Origin: Toensbergia leucococca
Lineage: Eukaryota
Reading direction: 5' to 3'
DNA: 62,920 bases
Assembly (NCBI GenBank): GCA_022813965.1
Contig: JALDZS010000059.1
Location: 62,001 to 124,920 of the forward strand
Shown here: one piece after another, positions 37,339 to 50,554 of the stretch
How positions within the stretch are numbered: position 1 is the first letter of the stretch
How the letters are laid out: each line of letters begins with the position of its first letter
Notes under the pieces: generated by a model
Told to the model about the DNA's origin: nothing
What the model saw: the letters and a program-made list of their open reading frames with translations, nothing else
Databases searched by the model: none
Position numbers and translations under genes: made by a program

Positions 37339-38427
37339 GGTTGGGAGTGTGGAGAGAAGAAATATTCAAGCTGTAGTGAGAGCTGCCTAAAAGAGGAAGA
37401 GGAGCTTGGGCTTGTGAGAGTAGATGATTGATTAACGATGGACAAAGCCTTGGGCCGATGGAAAATTCAAGTACAAAGTCTTTCGTATCTCGATTTTAAG
37501 TTGATGCAGAAGGAACATATATCACTTGCTATATGACTAGATAGAGTTGATTTCTCAAGGTTCTTGATGGAATGATGGAGATGGTTCGCGAAAGAGCTTT
37601 GAGCTTCTTTCGACTTCGAAAATTAGTTCGGATCCCTGCAAAGGGAACTTTGTACAGCCAGCCAATTGAATACTGCCATTATATCGCAATTGCGATAATC
37701 TCTAGGGTGCGATTGAGGCTTTGAAATTCCATTAGTTACTCGAAGTTGTGATGGCGGTGTAGTACACAGTTGACTGACACCTGAGTACGGATAAGAACCC
37801 CGCGATTGCGGCTGAAGATTAGGCTAGCAGCATTCCACCCCGCCTCAGATAGACAGACTAATGTACGAGTACGAGTAAGCGACGGCGGAAAAAGCAGGTG
37901 GCGGGAGTACTGAATGCGGTGTGACAAGTGCATTCCCCCTGCATAAAGGCATTTATTCCCAAGTGGAGCCTGCTTTTGAGTTTGAGGAGGCAGTAGTGAA
38001 AAAACACTTGGCAGATGAGACTTGGAATAGTTGGTAGTAGAGTAGGGATACTTGGTAAAGCTCGGGGCAATTGACACACGTAAGACGATTGATTTGCGTA
38101 AGCTAGAGGTAGATGTGCGTAGGCATCTAAGTATTGAAGGCTGAGTAGGAACAAAGAGTGAATCAGCTGGTGAAGATTAAAAGGCAGCCGTCGTGGCTCC
38201 GTGGGACATGGGCGTGCCTAAAACTTAGGCCTTCGCTTACTTGTACAATTGCAACACCAGAGAACACTTCCGACTCCTTCAACCACGCCCCTCTACAAAA
38301 TTAGGCATCGACAAAAACATCCCCTACTCACTACTCTATAATCTCTGACTCCAGAGCTCACCTGCTACCTTTCACCTAATTTGATACCTTTTTCCCTAAT
38401 CTACATATCTCAACACATCCCACCGCC

Positions 38428-39946
<1,519 letters not shown>

Positions 39947-40274
39947 GGTACACTACCCAGCCTTGAAAATCCTGACTGAGAATTGACAAAAGCTAGTAAA
40001 ACGCCAAGGCAGATATGTCAAGCAACAACTTGCGTTCGAGTGTCAACAACGGCAAGTCATTAGATCATGTTACCACGAGCTTCAGACACAGATCTGAAAA
40101 GAAAGTTCAATCGATGGATGAAAGCGGGCTCTTTTTTTCTTCCCAGTCTGTATTAGCAGGTGACTGCTGTTTGTAGCGGTAGTCTATAGCGATCTGTTGA
40201 CTCCTCCCTCGATGATCTTTTGCTCCCTTTTCCTAGAACGAGATTGGTGATACAAAGAGGTACACGTTTGATCC

Positions 40275-42200
40275 TCACTGCTGTTCCTTCCCATGCTTCT
40301 TTCTCCTGGTTCTGAGTCCAACCCCTCGTGAGAAACTCAACGTGAACTTAGATCCCGGTGCTGCCAAAATTCCTGGGTCTTGATTCAGGGTTTTGCAGGC
40401 AGACTCTTCCTTGCATCCTCTTTTGTCCATTTTTTTGGTAACCCCTCTCGGCTCTTCTTTACCCAAAGTATTCTACGTACCACGCAAACGCTTTCGATTC
40501 TCCACCTTTCCTTCCCCCACAAAACCACTCGTACCCAAAATCCCACAAAATCAGATTTCAATAAATCCCCACACCCTGCCAAAAAACCCCCCTTTCTACC
40601 AACCCAAAACATTCACGCATGCTACAAAATACAAGACACAAACCTCCCACCTCCCCCCCCCCTTTCTTCTTCCTAGAAGCCATTCTCAATCTTTTCTTCT
40701 GCAGAGAAGAACGGTGGAACGGTTTTTGCTGCGCTCGTTTTTCCATTCAGCCTTGTTGTTGTTGCCATTTGCGTTGCGCAGGGCTGGTGGACTCCGAATA
40801 GGACGGGGATTCTATTCAGTATGGGTATATCTGCGTGAGTGGCCAGTTGGGGGCCCGGGGGGGGGGAGGGTTTGCACATACCTTTTCTTCCTCCCCTTTT
40901 CACCCGCCCCACTTTGTCTTTCTCTTTCTCTCTTTAAGAAAAGGAAGAGTGCATGGGCGGGGGGAGGGGGGAATTCTTGCATGCTCGATGCTTGAAATGT
41001 GTATTTTTTTGGGCTGGGTTGCACCTTTTTTTTTTTTAAATCCGCAATGTCTTTATTTTTTTTTTCTCGAGATGGGATATCTATTCTCTTGATCGTGTTG
41101 AAATTGGACCCCCTGCTTCCGCTTTTTTGTTTTCTTTTCTCGGTTTGTGAGAGTAGAGAGGAGAGAGTGTAGGAGGGGCTTTTGGCTATCGCACGTTTCA
41201 CCCCCCCCCCAAACCCAAAATAGGAAGATTGCCTCCTAGTGGAGTCATGGGGAGAGAAGCTTTGTCTTTGCAAGAGAAGCGGTAGGGGTTTTGGATTTGA
41301 GATTTGTTTTTTTTTTTTTTTGTATGGGGGATTTGAGGGATTTTGGTGAGGAGGGGTGAGGGGTGCGGTGGTGGAGCTTCCTTTTTCCGTGGGGGTGTTT
41401 GTTTTGTGTTGGAGGGTTTGGGATTTCTGGGAAGGAAAAAAGGGCGTCGTTTTGTTCTTTTTTTGGGGGAGGGGGGGAAGTCTGAGAATGGAAACCTTTC
41501 CATTCATTCATTCTTTTTGTTTTTCCTTGTTGTGGGCTTCTGGGGGCCGTTGTTTTTTCGCCTCTCGGAGGGGGGGGTGGGAAGTGAGATGAGTGGAGAG
41601 GGACCTGGAGCTGGGAGTTGAGCGTGGTTGCTGCACAATGGGGATGAGTATGGATGGAGCAGAGTGCGGTGTGGTGGTGTTGTAGTTTAAGCTGGGATGG
41701 TAATAGAAGTATGTTTCATTGGGAAATATTCTAGAGGAAAGGGGGCCAGCAAACGCACACCCAACCCCCTTAAAAGCCTCCGACAACAGCACCAAGACCC
41801 CCCTCCCCCACCCCCCTACAAAAAGCCGCTGCAATAATTGCAAGACAGCAAAAACCCGCTAGAAACGCACAAGACTTCCCAAAAAAGGGCAAAATGCGGC
41901 GCGAGTTTTAACGGTGGGTCGTGTTTGTTGTGTTTGAGATGTGCTGGGTAGGTGAGGATGTAGAGCTGTTGGGGTCTGCACAGGGGGGGTTGGGGGTTTT
42001 TGTAGGATGGAGATTGATAGAAAGAAGGTCTGGGTTAGGTTTTTGTGGATGGGTTTGAGACGGGGGGACGAGATTGTTGGATCTAGGGGGGTGGGTGGAA
42101 GTTGTTAGGGCGACTTTGTGGGAGAGAGAGAGAGAGTGTGTGTGTGTGTCTGTGTTTTTGTGTTATGCGTATGGGGGGAGGGGGGGGGTGGTGTATATGT
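40275..42200 (-). pseudogene. Degenerate or mis-assembled multi-exon gene of unknown family
   Basis: 231-codon ORF 41507-40812, then a GTATGT..CTCAC..CAG intron, then a protein-like frame broken by scattered stops; very homopolymer-rich. Confidence 0.35.
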
Positions 42201-42626
42201 ATTCCCAGCCTACAAGTATGTATGTGTAAAGCATGCACTCGCTACACACGTCCACTCCATGCACAAAATGAAGAGAAAAGAAAAGAAAAGACTTTTTTTT
42301 CTTGGAAACATCTATGACGGGATGGGTTCTCTACAAACGCATCCTTTTGTTACTTTTGGACACTGTCGTAAGCGAAATATATTTGAGACCCAGCATCTCA
42401 GAATATGTCCCTCAAGACAATGATATTTTTTGGAGGACCGCTCCATTGTCGCCTGATCAGTGAAAACCCCGTGGGTGTGTGTGTTTTTGAACGGCGAGTA
42501 GATGGTTAAAAAAGGGGCTCCATTTTTCCCGGAGAATCAGAACGCTTTTGGATACCGTAATCGACTAGAAAGCACTCACTCCGACACTTTTTCCATCTCT
42601 TCAAGCCTTCTTCTTAGCTTCTAGAT

Positions 42627-44790
42627 CTATTGGCCATGTTGTCGAATCGGGATCCTCCCCGTCGCCTGCCTCACCCCCATAACAACCTCAGCAGCCGTCT
42701 CTAAAGCTCCTCTTGTCGACTCATAACAGCAAGCTCCCCACCATCCGGCCGAGTCCATTCCAATAACCTCTCTTGGGTCCCCCGCCCCCAGCACTACTCT
42801 TCCGATTCTCTCGCCCCCTACTCTCTCCCTTTCCTGTAATACCCCTTCCACCATCTGCACGACCTCTTCTTGCGCCTCTATGAGTGCACTACTCGTGTTG
42901 CAGAGCACGAAGACGACTGCGGCACAACGTTGCAGAAAGGCAACATGGATGGGTGTGAGTGTGGAAGTAAGTGTGTAAGGCACATGGCGGATCCGAGAAT
43001 GAATTTGAGATAGAGCGAGACCAAGGGGTTCGAAAGGGTCGGACGGGAGGGGAGTATTCGAGGGAAGCGTGGGAGTAAGGAGCAGGAGGATAGAGCTTTG
43101 AGGGAGGAGAAGCAAAGGTGATGGATTGCGTGTGAGGACAGTTATGGACGCACGGTATGCGGCAAGGGCAAGGGAAGAGTGGCTAGATATGAAGGTGGGG
43201 AGAGGAAGGAATGGAGGCTGAGGAAGATGTTGGAATCTTAGAGTGGAGGTGCGAAAAGTGGTCGAGGCTATGGTAGAGACTGAAAGGCGAGAAGATTGAG
43301 CAGCTGCGTAGATGGCTTGGATACTGGCAAGCTGGGTGGGATAGTCAGAAGACAGTTTGACCATATCGCTGCCAGACAGAAGGGCACGGAGAGGTGCATG
43401 TTTGACGCAGATGTCGCTATCCAAAGGGAATCCTGAGCAGTCTGATATCACTGGACCCGTAAAGCCAAGCCGCCCTCGCAAGATGTGCTGGATCACAAAT
43501 TGGACGGATTGGCTCCCTCTGATGGTATCGCCTAAATCGTAAATCGAGGAGGATAGGAGCACGCTGTCGAGCGACTCGTTTTCAATCAACTGCTGCAATG
43601 GGTACAGCTCTCCTTCTTCCATCGATATCAAAGCATCGAGGTCCAACTCCTCATCTGCCAAAGACCTTCTGTAGACTTCCTGAATCAACGTACCTAATGC
43701 TTCCGTCACGCATGATGCAACACCACCGGAGTGCAGGCCTTTGGTGAAGGCCAAGGCATAGTCTCCAACAGTCTCTGTGGCATCGCCGAATCTTCTCGAC
43801 GCGTCCAGGGGTTCCGTTAGGTCTGTGAGGACATCGATGACTGGAGCAAAGTTCCAATTGATGCCGACCGATGCCAGTTCTCTACCAATCGCTTCTCCAA
43901 CATTGTGTGTCGTTATTGTCGATTGCCCTGCAGCAAGACCCAAAGGGCTAGGAAATTGGGTAGCTTGGAGGCCATTTGAGAAGTGGCTGGCCTAGAACAA
44001 TGGGAATTAGACTCTGATTTAGGGGGATAAATCATTGAAGATTTTCGCAAGTTTAGTCAAGGTAATGCCTCAAGCTCCTCTTGTTCGCTGCCTGCCAAAT
44101 GGGCCTCTTTTCATTGCGAGTACTCACATTTGCCTTGTACCAGCTTCGTCAAACTCGGTGACGCTGTTCAGGGCAGCTCAAGATACTTGATATCATCCTG
44201 AGACAAGCAGCACATGGGAGATGTTCTTGGTCGACTCTCAGGACACAGTCGGTTTGTCGCAGAGCATCTTGAGAGCCTATCCCAGAATGCGAGGCATAAC
44301 AATGAAAACATGCTTTCCTTACCAATCCGCTCTCCTGCTGTATAGCTATCAGTTGAGGATGGACGTCCCCGGCGGACTGCCCGATCTCCTGGATATTCCG
44401 GATCAATCGCGCAGCCTGGCTGGCATCTGTAGGGTTCTGTGAATCAACATCTGGGATCAGTCTGCGCAAATCATTAAAGCTATACCTCTGAAGTTTCCAG
44501 CAGTGAGAAAAATACTTCCAACGTGATAATTTTCGACAAGAGTTCGGAGTTCAATATTTGGGTCTGGCCCGTCGAAAGTTATGACGAGACTCTGACCAAG
44601 ACGGCTAATAGAATTAGCCTTCAACCTAGGAACCTCAAGGGGTGGGTATAAGTAATGGTACCGTTTTAGTTGCTCGTCGATACTTCCCGAAAGGATTGTG
44701 TGAACGGCTAAGTCACAGCAGATATCCTGTCCCAGAGACAATGAGCACAACGAGGACTCTTGTCTTGCTGTGCGGACTCACCGATGCCAT
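42627..44790 (-). CDS. Glycoside hydrolase family 3 beta-N-acetylglucosaminidase-like protein, atypical active site, multi-exon
   Basis: LGQSLVITFDG, YHVGSIFL, LIAIQQESGLV, ATQFPSPLGLAA, ELASVGINWNFAPVID, RRFGD, ILRGRLGFTGPVISD, ALLSGSDM, GRIPI. Confidence 0.85.
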
Positions 44791-46149
44791 TGTGGAGCTG
44801 GTACGTGCCGGCTTTCTGACAGAGGACTATGTTTATAAGAATCTTCCATATTTCCCAGGGGATGTAGGACCTTGTCAGTAAGTATAACTATGTACATTAC
44901 ATCGGCAGTCTGAATCCCATGACTGGGTACCCTGGAAAAGGATTACATGGATTGTTCCAGCTACTTTTCTCATGCAAACCTGGAGCTAGCCCCCGATGCT
45001 TATCACTTTATGATTGGAGGAAAGTGACCATCTTGCTGCAAAAACCACGTCAACCAACTCGGCTGCTGCCAATTACTGGGACGCTATGGGCACAAGGATA
45101 CTTGGAAGTATCTAGTATCTGCAGATAATGCAGCGGTCCTCTTTACCCCAATAGGGTTGGAAAGGTGGCTCGGGTAGTGTTCCGCCCCACAGCTGATTTG
45201 AACATACAAGAAATGAAGTAACGACGGCAACCAATTCATGAACGAGGTCGAATATAGAAAATAAAGATATAATTGGTACCGAAATAATGATTGGCTTGTA
45301 TGTAGCGTGTAAAGAGCAATATAGGGATGAAGCATAGGCGATAATCGCAAAGCTTGAAAGAAACACCTAAGCCAAGAAGGTTTTGCGGCTGGAGTAGACC
45401 AATTGACATGCGGGATAGCTTCCTTCGCGAGAAGATAGTCCGGGTAAACTACCCTGTTTGCGTTTGTTTCCCTTGATACAAGACATTTGGATCAAAAAGT
45501 ATCTCGGTCTTCTCCGATGCATTTCTGACTCTGTTTGTATCGCAAGGAGACCTGCTTCAAGTCACTGTTTCCGAATTGAACGTCACAGTGGAGGAAACCA
45601 TCCAGACATGGCAACTGGCATTGTGGCTGCTGGGTGTATTCCAAGCCTCTAAACTCTGAAGTCCCTAGTCTTGGTGTCGGCGCCTTACGTGGGCCTCCCC
45701 CATAACACCGGATGCAGGAACGAGCCTTCCAGGGCTGAGACACAGGGTAATGGCGTTGGCTCTCATCCCGGAGACGTGGATTTGGTAATTGAATGCCAAG
45801 GTATCTGACTAGGAAGGAGTGTAAAAGACACTGCTTTGACTAGGCTTGCATTGTTCGTACGAGTACGAGTAGAAGGTCCGATGAACTCCTGATTAGTAGC
45901 CGCAAGGGAAGAAGCACCGACGGAGCGTTGAATGGAGCGTAGCATGGAATATAAGGTAAATGAGTGTCAGTAGTCTCGGGGAATGAACCAGGGCAGCATC
46001 TGGCGTGATCTGGGATCTGGAATCTGGAATCTGGTGGATGAGATATCCGATGCTGCTGTGTAACCCAGGAATTTACCTCGGTGTCTTCCGACTTGGCATC
46101 CTTCATCTTCCCAATTCCCAATTCCCATCCTCACTCTTCGCTTTTCGCA

Positions 46150-48794
46150 GGATCAACAAGTACATGGCAGCCTGGCAGGTATGATTGTTCCCGTGTGTTG
46201 AGCCATCGTCATGCCAGCAATTGCTGTCAATCACGGTTAGTCCCAATCCTGCTCAAGATATGTTGTTGAGACTAATAACAAGTAATTCTCAATAGATGCA
46301 GCCTCAGCCAATCAACTCGACCAAGCCCTTGACCAATTGCAAGCTGGCCAGTCACCTGCCAACCTTCTCAATACACTTGATCGGCTAGGCTGATGGGGAA
46401 ACAGCGTCCAAGCTATCTGTAAAAGAGCGAAGTCTTCAAGAAGTGAAATCCTGCATCACTACAATCTGCAATCATGCCCAAGAGAGTGGATTGTCAGCCC
46501 TTGCCCTGAGAAGCATAATTGACATCGTGACCCAACCCAATTTTCTACACCAGTCCAGCCTCTCCGCTCTCATCAAAGCTCTATTCCCAGCCGGCAGAGT
46601 GCCGTCAGATTTGATATGTATTATCGTTAGTTCACTTGGACAAGCAAAGCATAAGCCTACTGCGTCGACGCAGCACTCGCTACTAAAATGGATTATCATG
46701 GTGTACGAGATAGTAGAAGACTCCACTATCTTCTCCAAGCTCTATGGAGTACTTTTCAATTTACTGGATATGATCAGTATCCGGTACGAAGATCAACTTC
46801 GGTGACAGAATGAAATTAATAACCAAAGGGCCCCGCTGTGTCATTTGCTCGCAACGATTACTCGAAGAAAACACATCAAGCCGTTCCGTGTTCAGATGCT
46901 GTCCGTTTTCCAAGCCTCGACACCATGCACATGGCTAACGTGACTTTTGGCAGAATCGAACTCTCCCGAAGCTTCAGCCATGAGCCGGCCCTCAATGGCC
47001 TCATTCAGGTTTACAGACATCACTATCCTGAACTTGCGGAAGTAGAAACAATAGGAGGGAGAGCTTCACAATTTGCAGTATGTTTTCAATCGCATTTGAA
47101 CCTTCTTGTAAATTGACTCGCAAGTAGCATCCAGATCCAGAATGGCGTGAGCGGTTGCAGAAAATTAACGAGAGTAATTTGCTTGGATTTGGTGATTTTC
47201 AGAGTCAACCATCGTCGTTCAAGGTCTTTCGGGAAGGGAGCAAGAGAATCAGGTTATCAATCATCCCAGAGGTTCACACGTATCATGCCGATGAAGTGAG
47301 AGATGCTGTTGATTTTTTCACAACCCACGAGGACTAATACAACCCTATAGTTTACAATTTCTCTTGAAGAAGTCGAAAATGTCGATGATCTCGTCGAAAA
47401 GCTTGACAAAATTGAGCTTCCAAGTCAGATGATAGCAGTCCTTGATGATCCACTATTGCAGAAGTATCTAGTGCTCAGGCCGAATGAAACTGCTATCAAG
47501 CGAATAGATCGATGGCTAGCATTGTTCTTTGACGAGCAGCTAATAAAAATGAAAAATGTGCAAGGAGCTAGCAAGACGCTTGTAGATGTGCTGGGGAAGC
47601 TCCTTGGTTACACTCGTTATACAAAGGTCAGTCCCAAGCACATGTGGACGTCAAAATGATCCTGATTCCTTTAGAAATTACCCAAGTCGGCATTAGCATT
47701 TCTCAAACAATACTTATTAATCTGGGACGGAAGACAAGACCGAGAGCTGATCCTTGGGCTTTTGTCTTATGTTGCCATACGGCCCTTTGAAGGTAGGTAG
47801 TCAGCTAAAGTTGAGAGAGATACGCTAAGATCACGTAGAACTGCAAGAGCATCTTTTCAATCACCTAGAGAACGCAATCCTTGACAACACTCCCAACTCA
47901 GCGTGTGCTCTCCTCAACTTTTACAGCAGCATCTTGAGTCACTGGACCGTGTTCCTTATTTCCATGTCTCCTTCCTCGACTCCAGGACCGATATACATAA
48001 CGCCCGCCTTCGCCGCACTAGCCAACCACGCATCTTATCTCTCCCTCTCAATTCTCGTCTCATACCCCCCTACCATCTCGACCTTCTCCTCAATTCTCTC
48101 TTATCTCGAAGTCCTCTCCTATGCAATCTCTCACGCCCCTACGACCCCCGGAATCCACATCACCACCCCCGATACTCAAACAATCTACCTCCTCCTATTC
48201 CTCCACCCCTCTCTTAGCACCCTCTCCCGCCTCTGCTCCACTCTAGCAATATACAAGCACGCTTTCGTCGCTACCATGACCCCTACCCCCACAAACCCTT
48301 CTCCCCACAAATATCCCCCACCCTATCTCAACCACTTCAACGGCTTTCTCATGGACACCTGCAACCTCCTCTACCGTTCCCGCGCCTTCAATAAAACAGA
48401 CACCAATGCCCTCGGTTGCCTCCTACCTCCTTCCCTCCCCCTTCCCTTACAACATTACCTTGAACCCCAAGACCTCACCCTCACAACACTCTTTTCCCTC
48501 TCTCACCACAGCTCCCTTTGTGCTCTCAGCATCGCTGCGTTCAGAGACTTGGAGGACACGGCAGAGGAGAAAGAGGAAGGGAGCGTGAGTGTCAGGCATG
48601 CGGGACCAGTGGGGCAGAGAAGTCTGATGGTTTTGAAGGGGGAGGGAGGGTTGGAGGTGGGGTGGGCAGAGTATCGATTGGAGGTACTGAGGTGGTTAGG
48701 AGAGAGGGGTGTAGGTGGTATTGGGGAGTTGATGGGCTGTACTATGAAGCAATTGATGGGGGTGGGGGAGAAGGGCGGAGGAGTGATGGCGTAG
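46150..48794 (+). CDS. MIS6: Centromere protein I / Mis6 (Ctf3) family, multi-exon; start approximate
   Basis: LLKWIIMVYE, YGVLFNLLDMISIR, LCHLLATITRRKHIKPFRVQML, HPDPEWRERL, LDKIELPSQMIAVLDDPLLQKYL, FNGFLMDTCNLLYRSRAF, YRLEVLRWL. Confidence 0.9.
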
Positions 48795-49120
48795 GGGTCC
48801 AATTTGGAAGGAGCGGAAATCAAAGCGGAATGAGACTTTGGTCCTGTCGCATCACTATGCGACTTGTAAACTGTGAATCCGTAAATTAGAGTTGGTTAGT
48901 GGAATTAGTATCGCTTTCAGTACCAATACGCCCAGATTTATGAAGGCAGCCCTTTGACTTTGACGCTTATAAATCACACAAGCATCCCCCCGATCCGTAT
49001 CAAAACACAAGAAGACCCTGGCCCCACAGATACGCAATGCCTCTCTCTCTCCCTCTCTCGTGTCTACAATAGTACAAGCATCAATTACAACCCCTTGCGC
49101 CCCCCTCTCAAAAACAAAGC

Positions 49121-49528
49121 TCACAACTCCCCTAAAGCGCCACTCGAATCCATCCCTGGTCCCGCGGCCACCACAGGTACAAAGTTCGCTGAGGTGGCGG
49201 TCTCATCCCCGGCGTAGTAGAACCAAGCGCGGCTGGCGATAGTGGTGATGTGTTCGGGGAGATAGAGCGAGGCGGCTATTATTATCATTGAGAGGAAGAG
49301 GAAGAGGAATGAGTCTGTATTTTTACACGGAGGGTCAGTAATTCGGGGGTGATGGGGTGAGAGGTATGGGGGTTTTGGTGAGGGGGGGGAAAGGGGGGAT
49401 TGGGGAAGGAGGAGAGACGGACTGAAGATGAATTTCTCGGTCGAGGTCATCATATAGAGGGAAAATGTCACTTCGTATTGGTAGCGTTTCAGCTGTAGCC
49501 AGCGGAAGAGGGAGGTTGTGTGGAGCAT
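49121..49528 (-). CDS. Serine palmitoyltransferase small subunit-like protein; 108-nt intron 49422-49315
   Basis: FRWLQLKRYQYEVTFSLYMMTSTEKFIF|NSFLFLFLSMIIIAASLYLPEH matches the ssSPT-like (DUF3317) pattern. Confidence 0.85.
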   Translation of the reverse strand: MLHTTSLFRWLQLKRYQYEVTFSLYMMTSTEKFIFSPSLLLPQSPLSPPSPKPPYLSPHHPRITDPPCKNTDSFLFLFLSMIIIAASLYLPEHITTIASRAWFYYAGDETATSANFVPVVAAGPGMDSSGALGEL

Positions 49529-49976
49529 TTTTGGGGGAGTTTCGGCGCGGGAGGGGGTTGGAAATGAGGGTTGCTGGTTGCGCCGACAGGCGGTCGAGGG
49601 GTGAGATTGGCGGGAGCGCAGATGGAGCTTTGGAGGTGTGGAGGGTTGGTGTTTGGAGCTGCTTTATTCTACATGTCCGTTGAAAGAAGGGAGGTAAAGA
49701 TAAATTTGAAGCCCGGCTGCCCGGTTCTGCGGCTTCTTTGGGAGATTTGGATGGGCTAACGTACGCTATCACTCTATTCTACGTTATGCAACGGAATTGC
49801 GCCGGTAAGTACACAAGTACGGAAGCCTTGAACTGCCTTGGTTCATGCATCGACTCGGTCAGTTTGATGCTGCAATAATGGGCATCAGAACTCATGCAAT
49901 GCTTTTGTGTGAAGCGTGAGAGGCCAAACAGTTCAGCTCTAGAATATGCAGATGGTCTCTTAGCAATGCGCCCGCA

Positions 49977-50554
49977 ATGTTCCTCCGTCGCACCCTACGA
50001 TTGGCATCGGCACCCGCCATTGCTCCTTTATACCACAGTCTACGATGCCTCGGTGCCTATGGCTACTCAACAGCAAAGCAGATGCCTCCTCGTCCTACAG
50101 TCGAGGAAGCAGACATAGAGGAATCCTTTCTCAAGGGTAGCGGTCCTGGCGGTCAAAAGATTGTAGGCCTCAGCAGCCGTAATCTCATAACAGCAGCTTA
50201 TTAGTCCACTTTCCACAGAACAAAACCTCGTCCGCCGTTCAGCTCAAACATAAGCCCACAGGCATGGTTGTCAAGTCTCAAGCTACTCGATCGCGGTCGC
50301 AGAACCGGAAGATAGCTAGACGTCTGCTCGGGGAGAAGCTTGAGGTTATAGAAAAGGGGCCAGAGAGTCGGGTGGATATGAAGGCGGAGGTGAAGAGAAA
50401 AAAGAAGGCTAGTAAGAGTAAGAAGGCGAAGAGAAAATATAGGGATTTGAAGGGGGAGGAAGAGGGGGCTGGCAAAGTGGTTGAAGGGATTAAAACTGGA
50501 AGGAAGGGGTATGGTGAGAATGACGTAGAGCTCGTTGAATTGGATGGCAGCTAG
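49977..50554 (+). CDS. Mitochondrial peptide-chain release factor-like protein (C12orf65/MTRFR type); intron ~50164-50218
   Basis: IEESFLKGSGPGGQKI|NKTSSAVQLKHKPTGMVVKSQATRSRSQNRKIAR GGQ domain, basic tail, N-terminal presequence. Confidence 0.92.

Noticed and set aside
33173..37390. Long antisense ORFs over SCC4, CSE4 and FES1
   Set aside because: Shadow ORFs expected from stop-poor, GC-skewed coding sequence.
37683..37697. Palindrome atcgcaattgcgat (and hairpin ctcggaa-atca-ttccgag at 28193-28210)
   Set aside because: Single short palindromes at about chance level; may be TF sites but unsupported.
42627..44790. Complete GlcNAc catabolism cluster (NGS1/HXK1/DAC1/NAG1)
   Set aside because: No kinase, deacetylase, deaminase, transporter or GNAT domain is recognisable nearby.
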